Positions 21,302 to 30,884 of a stretch of 33,362 bases of DNA are shown one piece after another. Position 1 is the first letter of the stretch. Every line of letters starts with the position of its first letter. Below the pieces are notes generated by a model. It saw nothing but the letters and a program-made list of their open reading frames with translations, had not been told where the DNA came from and made no database searches. The position numbers and the translations under genes were made by a program. The stretch is from Octopus bimaculoides (Eukaryota): NCBI RefSeq assembly GCF_001194135.2, contig NC_069009.1, forward strand, positions 1,298,965 through 1,332,326. The letters run 5' to 3'.

Positions 21302-21695
21302 TATAAATATGTAATGCATATGTGTCTTTGTAGACATTTTATATATCATCTTTATCTTGTTTATTATTTCAGATAATCCAATGAAATTGGCTTCAAAGAA
21401 CTTAGACCTGATATAATCCTGTTGATATTAATCTTCTAGAATTAATCTAAAATATCTCTTTTGAACTCAGACCAATGGGAAAATTTTTCTTAATTACTTT
21501 CCGGAAACTATTCAGCAAGATACAGCTGCATGCTAATTAACTATGGATTGCTAATTACAAAGGAGTTTGTAACAGCTACATATATTAACAAACACTACAG
21601 TTGATGGAAGTTTAAATCAGTGATTATATGAGTATTTTGTTAAGGATTAACAGTAAAAACAAACATCTGTATGTTGTGGTGAGTCTAGAATAATT

Positions 21696-22967
21696 ATGGA
21701 AAATGAATTGTGCGAGAACAAGATTGAATGTAATGCAGATTTTCAAAGGAGTGATTCTCCTGATGATGTGATGAAAGAAATGGGTAAAATATCGTACCAA
21801 TGTGATATCTGTGAGAAGACATTTTCTCAAAAATGTCGACTCACTGCACACAGCCGTATTCATACAGGAGAGAAGCCATATCACTGTAATATCTGTGGTA
21901 ACTCATTCTCTCACAAAGGCAACTTAACATCTCACCAACGTATTCACAGTGGTAGCAATCTATATCAGTGTGATATCTGTGATAAATCATTCTATCAAAA
22001 GGGTCACCTTATTAATCACCAGCGAATTCATACAGAAGAAAAACCATTCAACTGTGATGTCTGTGGTAAATCATTCTCTCAGAAAGGTAATCTCACGACG
22101 CACAACCATATTCATACAGGAGAGAAGCCATTTCACTGTAATATTTGTGGTAAATCATTCTCTCAGAAATACTATTTAATCAATCACCAACGCACTCATA
22201 CGGGAGAGAAACCATACTGTTGTGATACCTGTGGTAAATCATTCTCCCAAAGAAACAATCTGATTGTGCACAGACGCATTCATACAGGGAAGAAGTTGTA
22301 TCAGTGTTCAGTGTGTGGTAAATCGATCTCTGGGACAAGTAATTTAACTAAACACATACTCACTCATACAGGAGAGAAGCCATATCACTGTGACATCTGT
22401 GGTAAATCATTCTCTTGTGGAAACACCTTAACTAGGCACAAACGTATTCATACTGGAGAGAAACCATATCAGTGTGATGCCTGTGGTAAATCATTCTCTG
22501 ATAACGGTGGCTTAACTGTACATAGACGTATTCACACAGGAGAGAAACCATATCACTGTGATATATGTGATAAGTCATTTGCTCAGAATACCGAGTTGGC
22601 TACTCACAAACGTATTCACACAGGTGAGAAGCCATATCACTGTGAAACTTGTGGCAAATCATTCTCTCGCAAATACAACTTAATTTCCCACCAACGTATT
22701 CATACAGGAGAAAAACCGTATTGCTGTGATATCTGTGGTAAATCGTTCTCTCAGAGAAACAATTTGATAGTACACAAACGCACACATACAGGTGAGAAGC
22801 TGTATCAGTGTTCTGTTTGTGGTAAGTCGTTCTGTCAAAAAGGTGAGCTGACTTCTCATGAACGTATTCATACAGGTGAGAAACCATATCATTGCGAAAT
22901 CTGTGGGAAAGCCTTCTCGCAAAGACATCACTTAACTACGCACATAGGTGTTCATACAGAAAAGTAA
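21696..22967 (+). CDS. C2H2 zinc-finger protein, 423 aa, 14 tandem fingers, 33-aa leader
   Basis: Intact ORF. An in-frame TAA at 21654 supports this ATG. Splice acceptor ttattatttcag|ataatcc at 21372. Confidence 0.94.
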   Translation: MENELCENKIECNADFQRSDSPDDVMKEMGKISYQCDICEKTFSQKCRLTAHSRIHTGEKPYHCNICGNSFSHKGNLTSHQRIHSGSNLYQCDICDKSFYQKGHLINHQRIHTEEKPFNCDVCGKSFSQKGNLTTHNHIHTGEKPFHCNICGKSFSQKYYLINHQRTHTGEKPYCCDTCGKSFSQRNNLIVHRRIHTGKKLYQCSVCGKSISGTSNLTKHILTHTGEKPYHCDICGKSFSCGNTLTRHKRIHTGEKPYQCDACGKSFSDNGGLTVHRRIHTGEKPYHCDICDKSFAQNTELATHKRIHTGEKPYHCETCGKSFSRKYNLISHQRIHTGEKPYCCDICGKSFSQRNNLIVHKRTHTGEKLYQCSVCGKSFCQKGELTSHERIHTGEKPYHCEICGKAFSQRHHLTTHIGVHTEK

Positions 22968-23140
22968 CCATGTCAGAATGTAAGTTGTGCTAAATAAATT
23001 CCTTCATATTCACCGATCCAATTGTTTGTGTTTTCTCATTGGTATAAGTAGTAATTTTATGAATACAGATAATTTCCTTTGGCCATTCCTCCTCTCTGTT
23101 TGGAGGCACAAGCACTTTCACACACACACACACAATGGGA

Positions 23141-23445
23141 GTGGAGGCGCAATGGACCAGTGGTTAGGGCAGCGGACTCTCGGTCATAAGATTGCGGTTT
23201 CGATTCCCAGACTGGGCGTTGTGAGTGTTTATTGAGCGAAAACACCTAAAGCTCCACGAAGCTCCAGCAGGGGGTGGTGGTGACCCCTATTGTACTCTTT
23301 CGCCCCAACTTTCTCTCACTCTTTCTTCCTGTTTCTTGAGTAACGCTGCGATGGACTGGCGTCCCGTCCAGCTGGGGAGGAACACATACACCATAGAAAC
23401 CGGGAAACCGAGCCCATGAGCCTGGCTAGGTTTTGAAAAGGCGAC
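23141..23445 (+). mobile_element. tRNA-derived SINE family A, tail X
   Basis: Complete tRNA-like head, collinear with 8309-8604. Confidence 0.9.
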
Positions 23446-24040
23446 GTTTATCGTATATGACATTTGGGCAATGGTTGTGCACAAAAGTTTATTTTTCTCC
23501 TGCATATATTGTCCATTAAAATGTTTGGTTCTTGCTCAGTCCCTGCAATTAAATAATTTTTTTTTTCCATAGCACCAATGTCTTCTACACATTTTATCTT
23601 TTTGTGTCTTCAGTAATCTCTCTCCCATTTGAACTACAACTTTAGGTCTGCCATACCTAATGTTTTTTCTAATACCCATCTTACATCCACCATCAATATC
23701 CCTTCCACTCACTGTAGCCATCTTCACATACTTCTGGCTCCACCACAGTTGATCTTTCCTCCCACCTACTCCACCGTCACATCTCAACTTCCTGATTTAC
23801 CCACAGATGTATGATGCTGCTATTGCCTACACCTACTCTGCAATTGCTTGTCATCTTCCTGGGCCTCTTCTCTGTCTCTCCCCTCCCCAATCCATACTGA
23901 TATTTACCATTAACCACACCTCTACTCATTTTCATCACTTGCTACACTCACCTCTAGCCCAATCTTTAATCGTCTGAATTATAGTCATGGACAATGTACT
24001 TGCCTCCCAATTGCATGTCATTAAACCAGTCTGTATCTCT

Positions 24041-24372
24041 AGGTATGGCTGTATAGTAAAACCTTACTTCCCACTGCATGGCACCTTGGGCAAGTCTTCT
24101 ATTATAGCCTTAGGGCCAACCAAGGCCTTATGAGTGGATTTGGAAACTGAAAAGAAGCCAACGGATATGTGTGTGTGTGTGTGCATGCATGTGCCTTTGT
24201 CCCTCACCGCTGCTTGACAACTGGCGCTGGTGTTTATGTCTCTGTAACTTCAGCAAAAGAGACTAACAGTATAAGTACCAAGTTTGGAAAAGAATAAAGT
24301 ATGGCTAAAAATTTCTGCGAGGCAGTGCCCCGCCATGACCACAGTCTAATGACAGAAACAAGTAAAAGATGA
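24041..24372 (+). mobile_element. SINE family C, near full length, diverged, with internal (GT)n
   Basis: ggcaccttgggcaagt..tgagtggatttgg..(gt)n..cttgacaact..cagtctaatgacagaaacaagtaaaaga. Confidence 0.8.
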
Positions 24373-24376
24373 AATA

Positions 24377-24866
24377 TAAACCGGCCATATCCAGTCCAAG
24401 TATTCTACTCGTTTTATGTTCAAACTGGCCAGATTTAGCCTCTCACACCTACCCTACAATGTCTTTGTAAAAATAAACAATCGCATCTCAGATACCCGGC
24501 CCCTTGCTGTAATCAAGAAGACACGTCCTGCACAGCAGAAGTGTTAAGGCTGCTGCGCTTGGTGAAAAAGATTGGCTTGCAAGAATCCTGTGCCAGTGTC
24601 ATGTTAAAAGCACCCAGCATGCACTGTAAAGTGGTTGATGTGAGGAAGGGCATCCAACCATAGAAACCAAGCGAAATCAGACGGGAACCTGGTGCAGCTT
24701 GCCAGCTCAAGTCAAACTGTCCGACCCATGGAAAATGGATGTTAAAGAATGATGACGATGATGATCCTCATTGAAGTCCTGAAGCTACAAGACAATACAC
24801 AATTAGCTTGAAACAGTGTGAATAAATAATCATCATATTTGACAGAATGCATGGTAAAAAGTTAAA
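24377..24866. mobile_element. MITE family F interrupted by a SINE D insertion
   Basis: MITE sequence ..aaaataaacaatcgcatc stops near 24488 and resumes tcattgaagtcctgaagct near 24768. Confidence 0.7.
24490..24765 (+). mobile_element. SINE family D, long form, nested in a MITE
   Basis: gtggttgatgtgaggaagggcatccaaccatagaaacc..ggatgttaaagaatgatgacgatgatgat. Confidence 0.8.
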
Positions 24867-25064
24867 TCAAGACATTCTTTGTATACGGATAAAAGCAACA
24901 AAAGTGTAGACATAGAAGATTTTCAGAAATCATTTATTGTAAAAGATGCAATCTGGAGTATAGTAATAAGTTTTGGGCAATGTACCAAGGGGGACTTTTA
25001 ATTCAATATCAAGATGAGGACACCACTTCAACTAATACAAGGATACTTTGATAAATGATTTTTA

Positions 25065-25281
25065 TAACCCTTTAGTACTTAAACAGACCATGTCTGGCTC
25101 AAATATTCTACTTGTTTTAAGTTCACACTGGCCAGATTCAGCCTCTCACACCTATCTGAGAGTATCATTTTGAAAAATAAACAACCAAACCATCATGAGC
25201 TACAAGATAATGCATGAGTAATCCAAAACAAATGTCAATAAATATGTTACATTTGACAGTAATCTGAATGCCAAAGGGTTA
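25065..25281. mobile_element. MITE family F, short form with both ends
   Basis: taaccctttag..taatctgaatgccaaagggtta. Confidence 0.8.
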
Positions 25282-25419
25282 TACTACAAGGTGTCTGGGC
25301 TAAATCTGACATTATTTGATGTCTCCTTTTTTTTTTCAGGATTAGCTTGATGTATTGGAGAGCATAAATGTCAAAGGTGAGTTGAGAAAAAGATAGCCGA
25401 CATGGAGGTCTGGAAGTGA

Positions 25420-25552
25420 TCTGAATATTCTTTTCTACCCTAGGCAGAAAGCCCAAAATTTTTGAGGAGGGGTCAGTCGATTATATTGACCCCAGTATGG
25501 AATAGGTACTCAATTTATCGACCCTGAATGGATGAAAGGCAAAGTCGACCTC
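25420..25552 (-). mobile_element. SINE family E 3' part
   Basis: gtcagtcgattatattgacccc..ggtactcaatttatcgaccctgaatggatgaaaggcaaagtcgacctc. Confidence 0.8.
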
Positions 25553-25658
25553 TCCTTTGAGTGAATATATCCTACCTTCATCCTGTATGACTGTGATTGT
25601 GTTGAATTAAACTTCTTCAAGTAAATATATTCTTCGACAGATATTGCTGTTATGGTTT

Positions 25659-27008
25659 TCATCCTGTATGAGTCCGATTATGTTTAGTTAAACTTCTTCT
25701 TTGAGAGAATGATTTACCACAAATATCACAGTGATATGGTTTCTCAACTGCATGAATATGCTTGTGTTGAGTTAAGTAACCAGCATGAGACAATGGTTTA
25801 CCACACACATCGCACAGATGTTTCTCTCCCCGATGGGTGTTTGTGTGAATAGTTAGGCTACCTTTATGAGAGAATGATTTATCACAGACATCACAATAAA
25901 ATGGTTTCTCACCTGTGTGAATGCGTATGTGGGAAGTTAAATGATCCTTTCGAAGGAATGATTTACCACAAATATCACAGCGATATGGTTTTACCTCTGA
26001 ATGAATACGTTTGTGTTTAGTCAAGTTACCATTCAGAGTGAATGATTTACCACAGACAGCACAGTGATATGGTTTCTCTCCTGTATGAATGGTCTTGTGT
26101 CTTTCCAAGACAGTAGCATCAGAGAATGATTTACCGCAGGTATCACAGTGATATGGCTTCTCTCCTGTATGAATGCGTTTGTGTCTAGTCAAGACTGTAG
26201 TGTCACAGAATGATTTACCACAAATATCACAGTGATATGGTTTCTCTCCAGTATGAATATATTTGTGTTTATTTAAATTGCCATTATGACAGAAAGCCTT
26301 CCCACAGATGTCACAGTGAAATGGCTTCTCTTCAGCATGAATGTATTTGTGTCTATTTAAGTCACTTCTTTGAGTGAATGATTTACCACAGGTATCGCAG
26401 TGATGTTGTTTCTCTCCTGTATGAATGTGCATGTGTTTAGTGAAGCGGCCTTCATCAGAGAATGATTTATCACAGAAATCACAGTGGTATGGTTTTTCCA
26501 CTGTATGAATACGTGTATGTTTAGTTAAGGTACTTTTTTCTGAGAATGATTTACCACAGAAATCACAGAAATATGGCTTTTCCCCTGTATGAATGCGTAT
26601 GTGACTAGTTAAGTGATCACTCTGGGAAAATGATTGACCACAGACATCACAGTGATATGGCTTTTCTCCTGTATGAGTACGTTTGTGCCTAGATAAGGCA
26701 CCATTTCGAGAGAATGACTTATCACAGACATCACAATGATATGGTTTCTCTCCAGTGTGAATAAACTTATGTTTAGTTACACTGCTACTTTGAGAGAACG
26801 ATTTCCCACAGATATTACAGTGATATCGTTTCTCTCCTGTATGTATATTCTTGTGTTTAGTTAGGCTGCTCCTTTTAGAAAATGATTTACCACAGATATC
26901 ACAATGGTATGATGGTTTTCCTTTCTCAGTTTTTATATCATCAGGAAGGTCAATCTTTTTAGTCTCCGTTTCACATTTAACCTTGATCTCATTTAACTCA
27001 CATTCCAT
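25659..27008 (-). CDS. C2H2 zinc-finger protein, 449 aa, 15 tandem fingers, 33-aa leader
   Basis: Intact ORF with 15 fingers and one shortened linker (RGEK). Acceptor tcttaattatttcag|aatat at about 27366. Confidence 0.94.
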   Translation of the reverse strand: MECELNEIKVKCETETKKIDLPDDIKTEKGKPSYHCDICGKSFSKRSSLTKHKNIHTGEKRYHCNICGKSFSQSSSVTKHKFIHTGEKPYHCDVCDKSFSRNGALSRHKRTHTGEKPYHCDVCGQSFSQSDHLTSHIRIHTGEKPYFCDFCGKSFSEKSTLTKHTRIHTVEKPYHCDFCDKSFSDEGRFTKHMHIHTGEKQHHCDTCGKSFTQRSDLNRHKYIHAEEKPFHCDICGKAFCHNGNLNKHKYIHTGEKPYHCDICGKSFCDTTVLTRHKRIHTGEKPYHCDTCGKSFSDATVLERHKTIHTGEKPYHCAVCGKSFTLNGNLTKHKRIHSEVKPYRCDICGKSFLRKDHLTSHIRIHTGEKPFYCDVCDKSFSHKGSLTIHTNTHRGEKHLCDVCGKPLSHAGYLTQHKHIHAVEKPYHCDICGKSFSQRRSLTKHNRTHTG

Positions 27009-27511
27009 AATTTTTCTTTCCTTACTACAATATACAGACGATTTACTTTTTGTTCTAATATTTTACTCTGAACAAATATTAGTGCTGCTATGTTTCCACG
27101 GGCTGCAATTTCTGGTGATTATCTAAACTCCTTTGTAATCCAAGATTAATTAAAATGCAAAACCAGTTTGTAAACTTTTCAAGAAGTGAACAAGACAAAT
27201 GTTGATATGAATATCAGTTCTAAAGAATATTTCTCTGTAATTCCCCAAACATTTATATAAATAGAATTATATTTTTTTCTTTATAACACTTTCCTTTAGT
27301 CTTTAGGATGTGATCAATATTGATGATGTATCTGATGCGAACGATCCTTTTGTGTTTTTAATATTCTGAAATAATTAAGAAACAAGAATTTAAGATACAG
27401 AGGATATTTAAAAAGTAGAGACACAACACAGGAAATTTAACAGTTTTATGAAATAAAACCATACACATAAGCACTTTATTAGAATAATTGAAAGCTAAAA
27501 CGTGAAGTGCA

Positions 27512-27811
27512 TTACTCTTTTACTTGTTTCAGTCATTTGACTGCGGCCATGCTGGAGCACCGCCTTTTAGTCGAGCAAATCGACCCCAGGACTTATTCTT
27601 TGTAAGCCTAGTACTTATTCTATCGGTCTCTTTTGCCGAACCGCTAAGTTACGGGGAAGTAAACACACCAGCATCGGTTATCAAGCGATGTTGGGGGGGA
27701 CAAACACAGACACACAAACATATATATATATATATATACATATATACGACGGGCTTCTTTCAGTTTCCGTCTACCAAATCCACTCACAAGGCTTTGGTTG
27801 GCCTGAGGCTA
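27512..27811 (-). mobile_element. SINE family C (young, tRNA head missing) with internal (TA)n
   Basis: Inverted and closely similar to 28645-28858. Confidence 0.92.
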
Positions 27812-28481
27812 AGTTACGAAGAAACAAAGCTGACTTCCCCGAAACTTCTCTATCCAATCACGGAAGAATTTTGTTTCACAAAAGATGCCGATATAATCGG
27901 AATCTATCCATTTTTCAGGAAGCTATGGGGAAACAAAATCGGGTAGAGAACATACGTGAAAATATGCCCGTATTTTTATAATTAGGCATTCGAAGGATGA
28001 CTAATTATAATTAAACATTAGGATTGTATTAAAAAATTGTTAAAAATACTTCGTGCATTGTGGAATTATAACCAATTAATTGCACATGAATCTTGACAAC
28101 TAAATCGTACGTTGAGTTGTGAAGCACTGGTCTGTAATAATTAATATGTTGATTTGTTATGTTCTTCATTAAATCTGTTTAATTTTGGGATTTCAGACAA
28201 TCAGTACTGGAGCAGAGAATTTAGATTTTAAAGTGATTTTGTATTATATATGTATCATGCAAGTACGTGTTATATTCCAATGAAAATATTATAAATATTA
28301 AAAAAAAAAGTATTATAAAATAAATATCGACATCTGACCAGCAACATCGAAAGGTTTTCAGTTACCGATGTTTACCTTAATTTTAATATATATATATATA
28401 TATCATATATCTTACCCATTGACAGCTGTATTAACCTTTGTTTACAGTTAAATATTTTTAATTACACCAAATGTAATTTGA

Positions 28482-28514
28482 AAACGGAAACGGAAGTAAA
28501 GCATATCATGTGAC
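28482..28514 (+). promoter_or_regulatory. Candidate promoter motifs: tandem CGGAA/ETS site plus TCATGTGAC E-box
   Basis: aaacggaaacggaagtaaagcatatcatgtgac lies between the divergent 25659 and 29584 genes. A similar cggaaacggaaac occurs at 78-90. Confidence 0.35.
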
Positions 28515-28595
28515 TTTCATTCTCTTACAAAGAAAAGCACGAAGTCTCACAAAACAACATAAAACGACCATCACGAAAATACACACACATACATG

Positions 28596-28644
<49 letters not shown>

Positions 28645-28653
<9 letters not shown>

Positions 28654-28858
28654 ACTGTGTTTGTCCCACCACCATCACTTGACAACCGATGCTGGTGTGT
28701 TTACATCCCCGTAACCTAGCGGTTCGGCAAAAAGAGACCGGTAGAATAAGTACTAGGCTTACAAAGAATAAGTACTGGGGTCGATTTGCTCGACTAAAGG
28801 CGGTGCTCCAGCATGGCCACAGTCAAATGACTGAAACAAGTAATAGAGTAAAAGAGAG
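28645..28858 (+). mobile_element. SINE family C 3' half (young), preceded by (TA)n(TG)n
   Basis: Full family C body through ctgaaacaagtaatagagtaaaagag. Confidence 0.92.
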
Positions 28859-29583
28859 TTAAATATCTCCTTTCGGTAAATTACGTTGGGGATTTTTAAC
28901 TTACGACACCGGTGTATGTTCAGACATGGGAACTTTATCTTCCAAAACTGCCTGCTTGGCTTCTAATTAATTAATTCAGCTAATCTAATGATTTTTACGT
29001 ATAGTGATTGTATCATGTTAAGGTAAACGTTAATGTTTGTGGATAAAATAGAGTGAGTTACATATTTGGAAGTCAGGGATCCACCCACTTCATCATTTTT
29101 AATCATTTCGCAACCAACATCGTTAATTGGATTTTCCTTGATTTTTACACAAAATCAGGACAGAGGAAAATGGATTTTTATCTCCGCAAATGAGTAAATA
29201 ACTTCTCTGAACTTACTTGATTTTTCAGTTGATCGTTGAATCAAAAAGAAAAAGAAAATATAACAGAACGCATGAACCTTTCTGTGCAGTATCTTGATCT
29301 GTTAGTAACACACACACACATCAACATCATCTATTAGTCATCTACATGTGTACATATACATATTTTGTTTCACCTTACACTGCCGTAATGATAATGTAGA
29401 AAATGTAATTCTGTTTGTCAACAAAAATATATGTGTGGAATTTGGAGAAAAGAAAATCTACAGTTCCTAATTTCCGCATTCGTAAGCCGAGGCCCATGAT
29501 ATTCTCGCCAAAAAGCTAAACCGTAAGAAATAATACTTTAAAATATTATATAGATTTTTGTCTCAGATTCCAGAAGAATTGAT

Positions 29584-30717
29584 ATGGAAGACGTTAAGGA
29601 CTTGGACACTTCTACCACAACTGATTTTACCGATGTAGATTCAGCAGCATCGATTGACAGAGACGAGAACCCTTTATGGAGTGAAGTATTTATTAACCAA
29701 GCATCAACAAATGAAACTATCCCTGAATATTGCTGTGAGATTTGTGGGAAAACATTCAATTCAGAACAGGATTTCTTCACACATAAAGACGCACACAATA
29801 AGGAAAAACCATTCTATTGTGAAATATGTGGGAAATATTTTGCATATAACAGTTATTTTATAAGCCATCAAAGAATCCACACTGGAGAGAAGCCGTATCA
29901 TTGCGAAATATGTGAGAAATCTTTCACTCAGAATTCTCATCTTGTTATCCACATACGTAGTCATACAGGGGAGAAACTATTTCATTGTGAGATATGTAAT
30001 AAATCATTTGTCTCCAACAGTAATTTAACAAAACATAGGAGAATACACACCGGAGAAAAACCGTATCATTGTGAAATATGCTTCAAGTNNNNNNNNNNNN
30101 NNNNNNNNNNNNNNNNNNNNNNNNNNNNNNNNNNNNNNNNNNNNNNNNNNNNNNNNNNNNNNNNNNNNNNNNNNNNNNNNNNNNNNNNNNNNNNNNNNNN
30201 NNNNNNNNNNNNNNNNNNNNNNNNNNNNNNNNNNNNNNNNNNNNNNNNNNNNNNNNNNNNNNNNNNNNACACTGGAGAAAAACCATACCACTGTGACATA
30301 TGTGGGAAATCGTTTACTCAAAATTCTTGCCTTGTTATTCACACTCGTAGCCATTCTGGATTAAAACCATATCACTGTGAAGTGTGTGGGAAATCTTTTG
30401 TGGATAATAGTAATCTAAACAGACACAGACAAACACACGCTAAAGAAAAACTGTTCAACTGTAAAACTGTGGTAGAGACTAAGCCTTTTAACTCTGAAAC
30501 TTCGGTAGAAGCCAAGCCTTTTATCTCTGAGACTTTGGTAGAGGCTAAGCCTTTAAACTGTGAAACTTCAGTAGAGACTAAGCCTTTTAGCCATGAAACT
30601 TCAGAAGAGGCTAAACCTTTTAACCGTGAAACTTCGGTAGAAGCTAAGCCTTTAAACTGTGAAACTTCTGTTGAAGCCAAGGCTTTTAACTGTGAATCTT
30701 CGGTAGAGGCTGTCTAA
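29584..30717 (+). CDS. C2H2 zinc-finger protein with an acidic N-terminus, at least 6 complete fingers (gap inside) and a C-terminal 11-aa repeat
   Basis: Fingers flank an N gap (30089-30268), so length and finger number are unknown. Acceptor tttttgtctcag| lies just upstream at 29566. Confidence 0.85.
   Translation: MEDVKDLDTSTTTDFTDVDSAASIDRDENPLWSEVFINQASTNETIPEYCCEICGKTFNSEQDFFTHKDAHNKEKPFYCEICGKYFAYNSYFISHQRIHTGEKPYHCEICEKSFTQNSHLVIHIRSHTGEKLFHCEICNKSFVSNSNLTKHRRIHTGEKPYHCEICFKXXXXXXXXXXXXXXXXXXXXXXXXXXXXXXXXXXXXXXXXXXXXXXXXXXXXXXXXXXXXXTGEKPYHCDICGKSFTQNSCLVIHTRSHSGLKPYHCEVCGKSFVDNSNLNRHRQTHAKEKLFNCKTVVETKPFNSETSVEAKPFISETLVEAKPLNCETSVETKPFSHETSEEAKPFNRETSVEAKPLNCETSVEAKAFNCESSVEAV
30448..30711 (+). 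repeat. Coding 33-bp minisatellite, 8 units (KPFNxETSVEA)
   Basis: Units aagcc(t)tttaac.gtgaaacttc.gtaga.gc. in frame up to GTC TAA. Confidence 0.92.
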
Positions 30718-30884
30718 TATGTTCATAAACAATGACTTCCACTACAAAAGGAAGGGACCAACTGCATTCACTCAATCTATAAGTAAATCATCATTATACA
30801 TAAGTGAGTACTGAGATGAATTAAACTGAGTTAATTACTATTCTATGATATATTTTATTGACACAAAACAGCACNNNNNNNNNN

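Noticed and set aside
9808-22931. Antisense or alternate-frame ORFs over the finger arrays (9808, 10085, 15804, 16077, 16482, 21949, 22600, 22680; likewise 29654, 29761, 30372)
   Set aside because: Expected by-products of repetitive 84-bp or 33-bp coding units; no independent protein signal.
23536-23787. Minus-strand ORF with GRPK as a LINE C-terminus
   Set aside because: One short motif is not enough; no other recognisable RT or tail features.
9074-30440. Regular 84-bp periodicity resembling a CRISPR or satellite array
   Set aside because: Fully explained by C2H2 finger codons in a eukaryotic gene.
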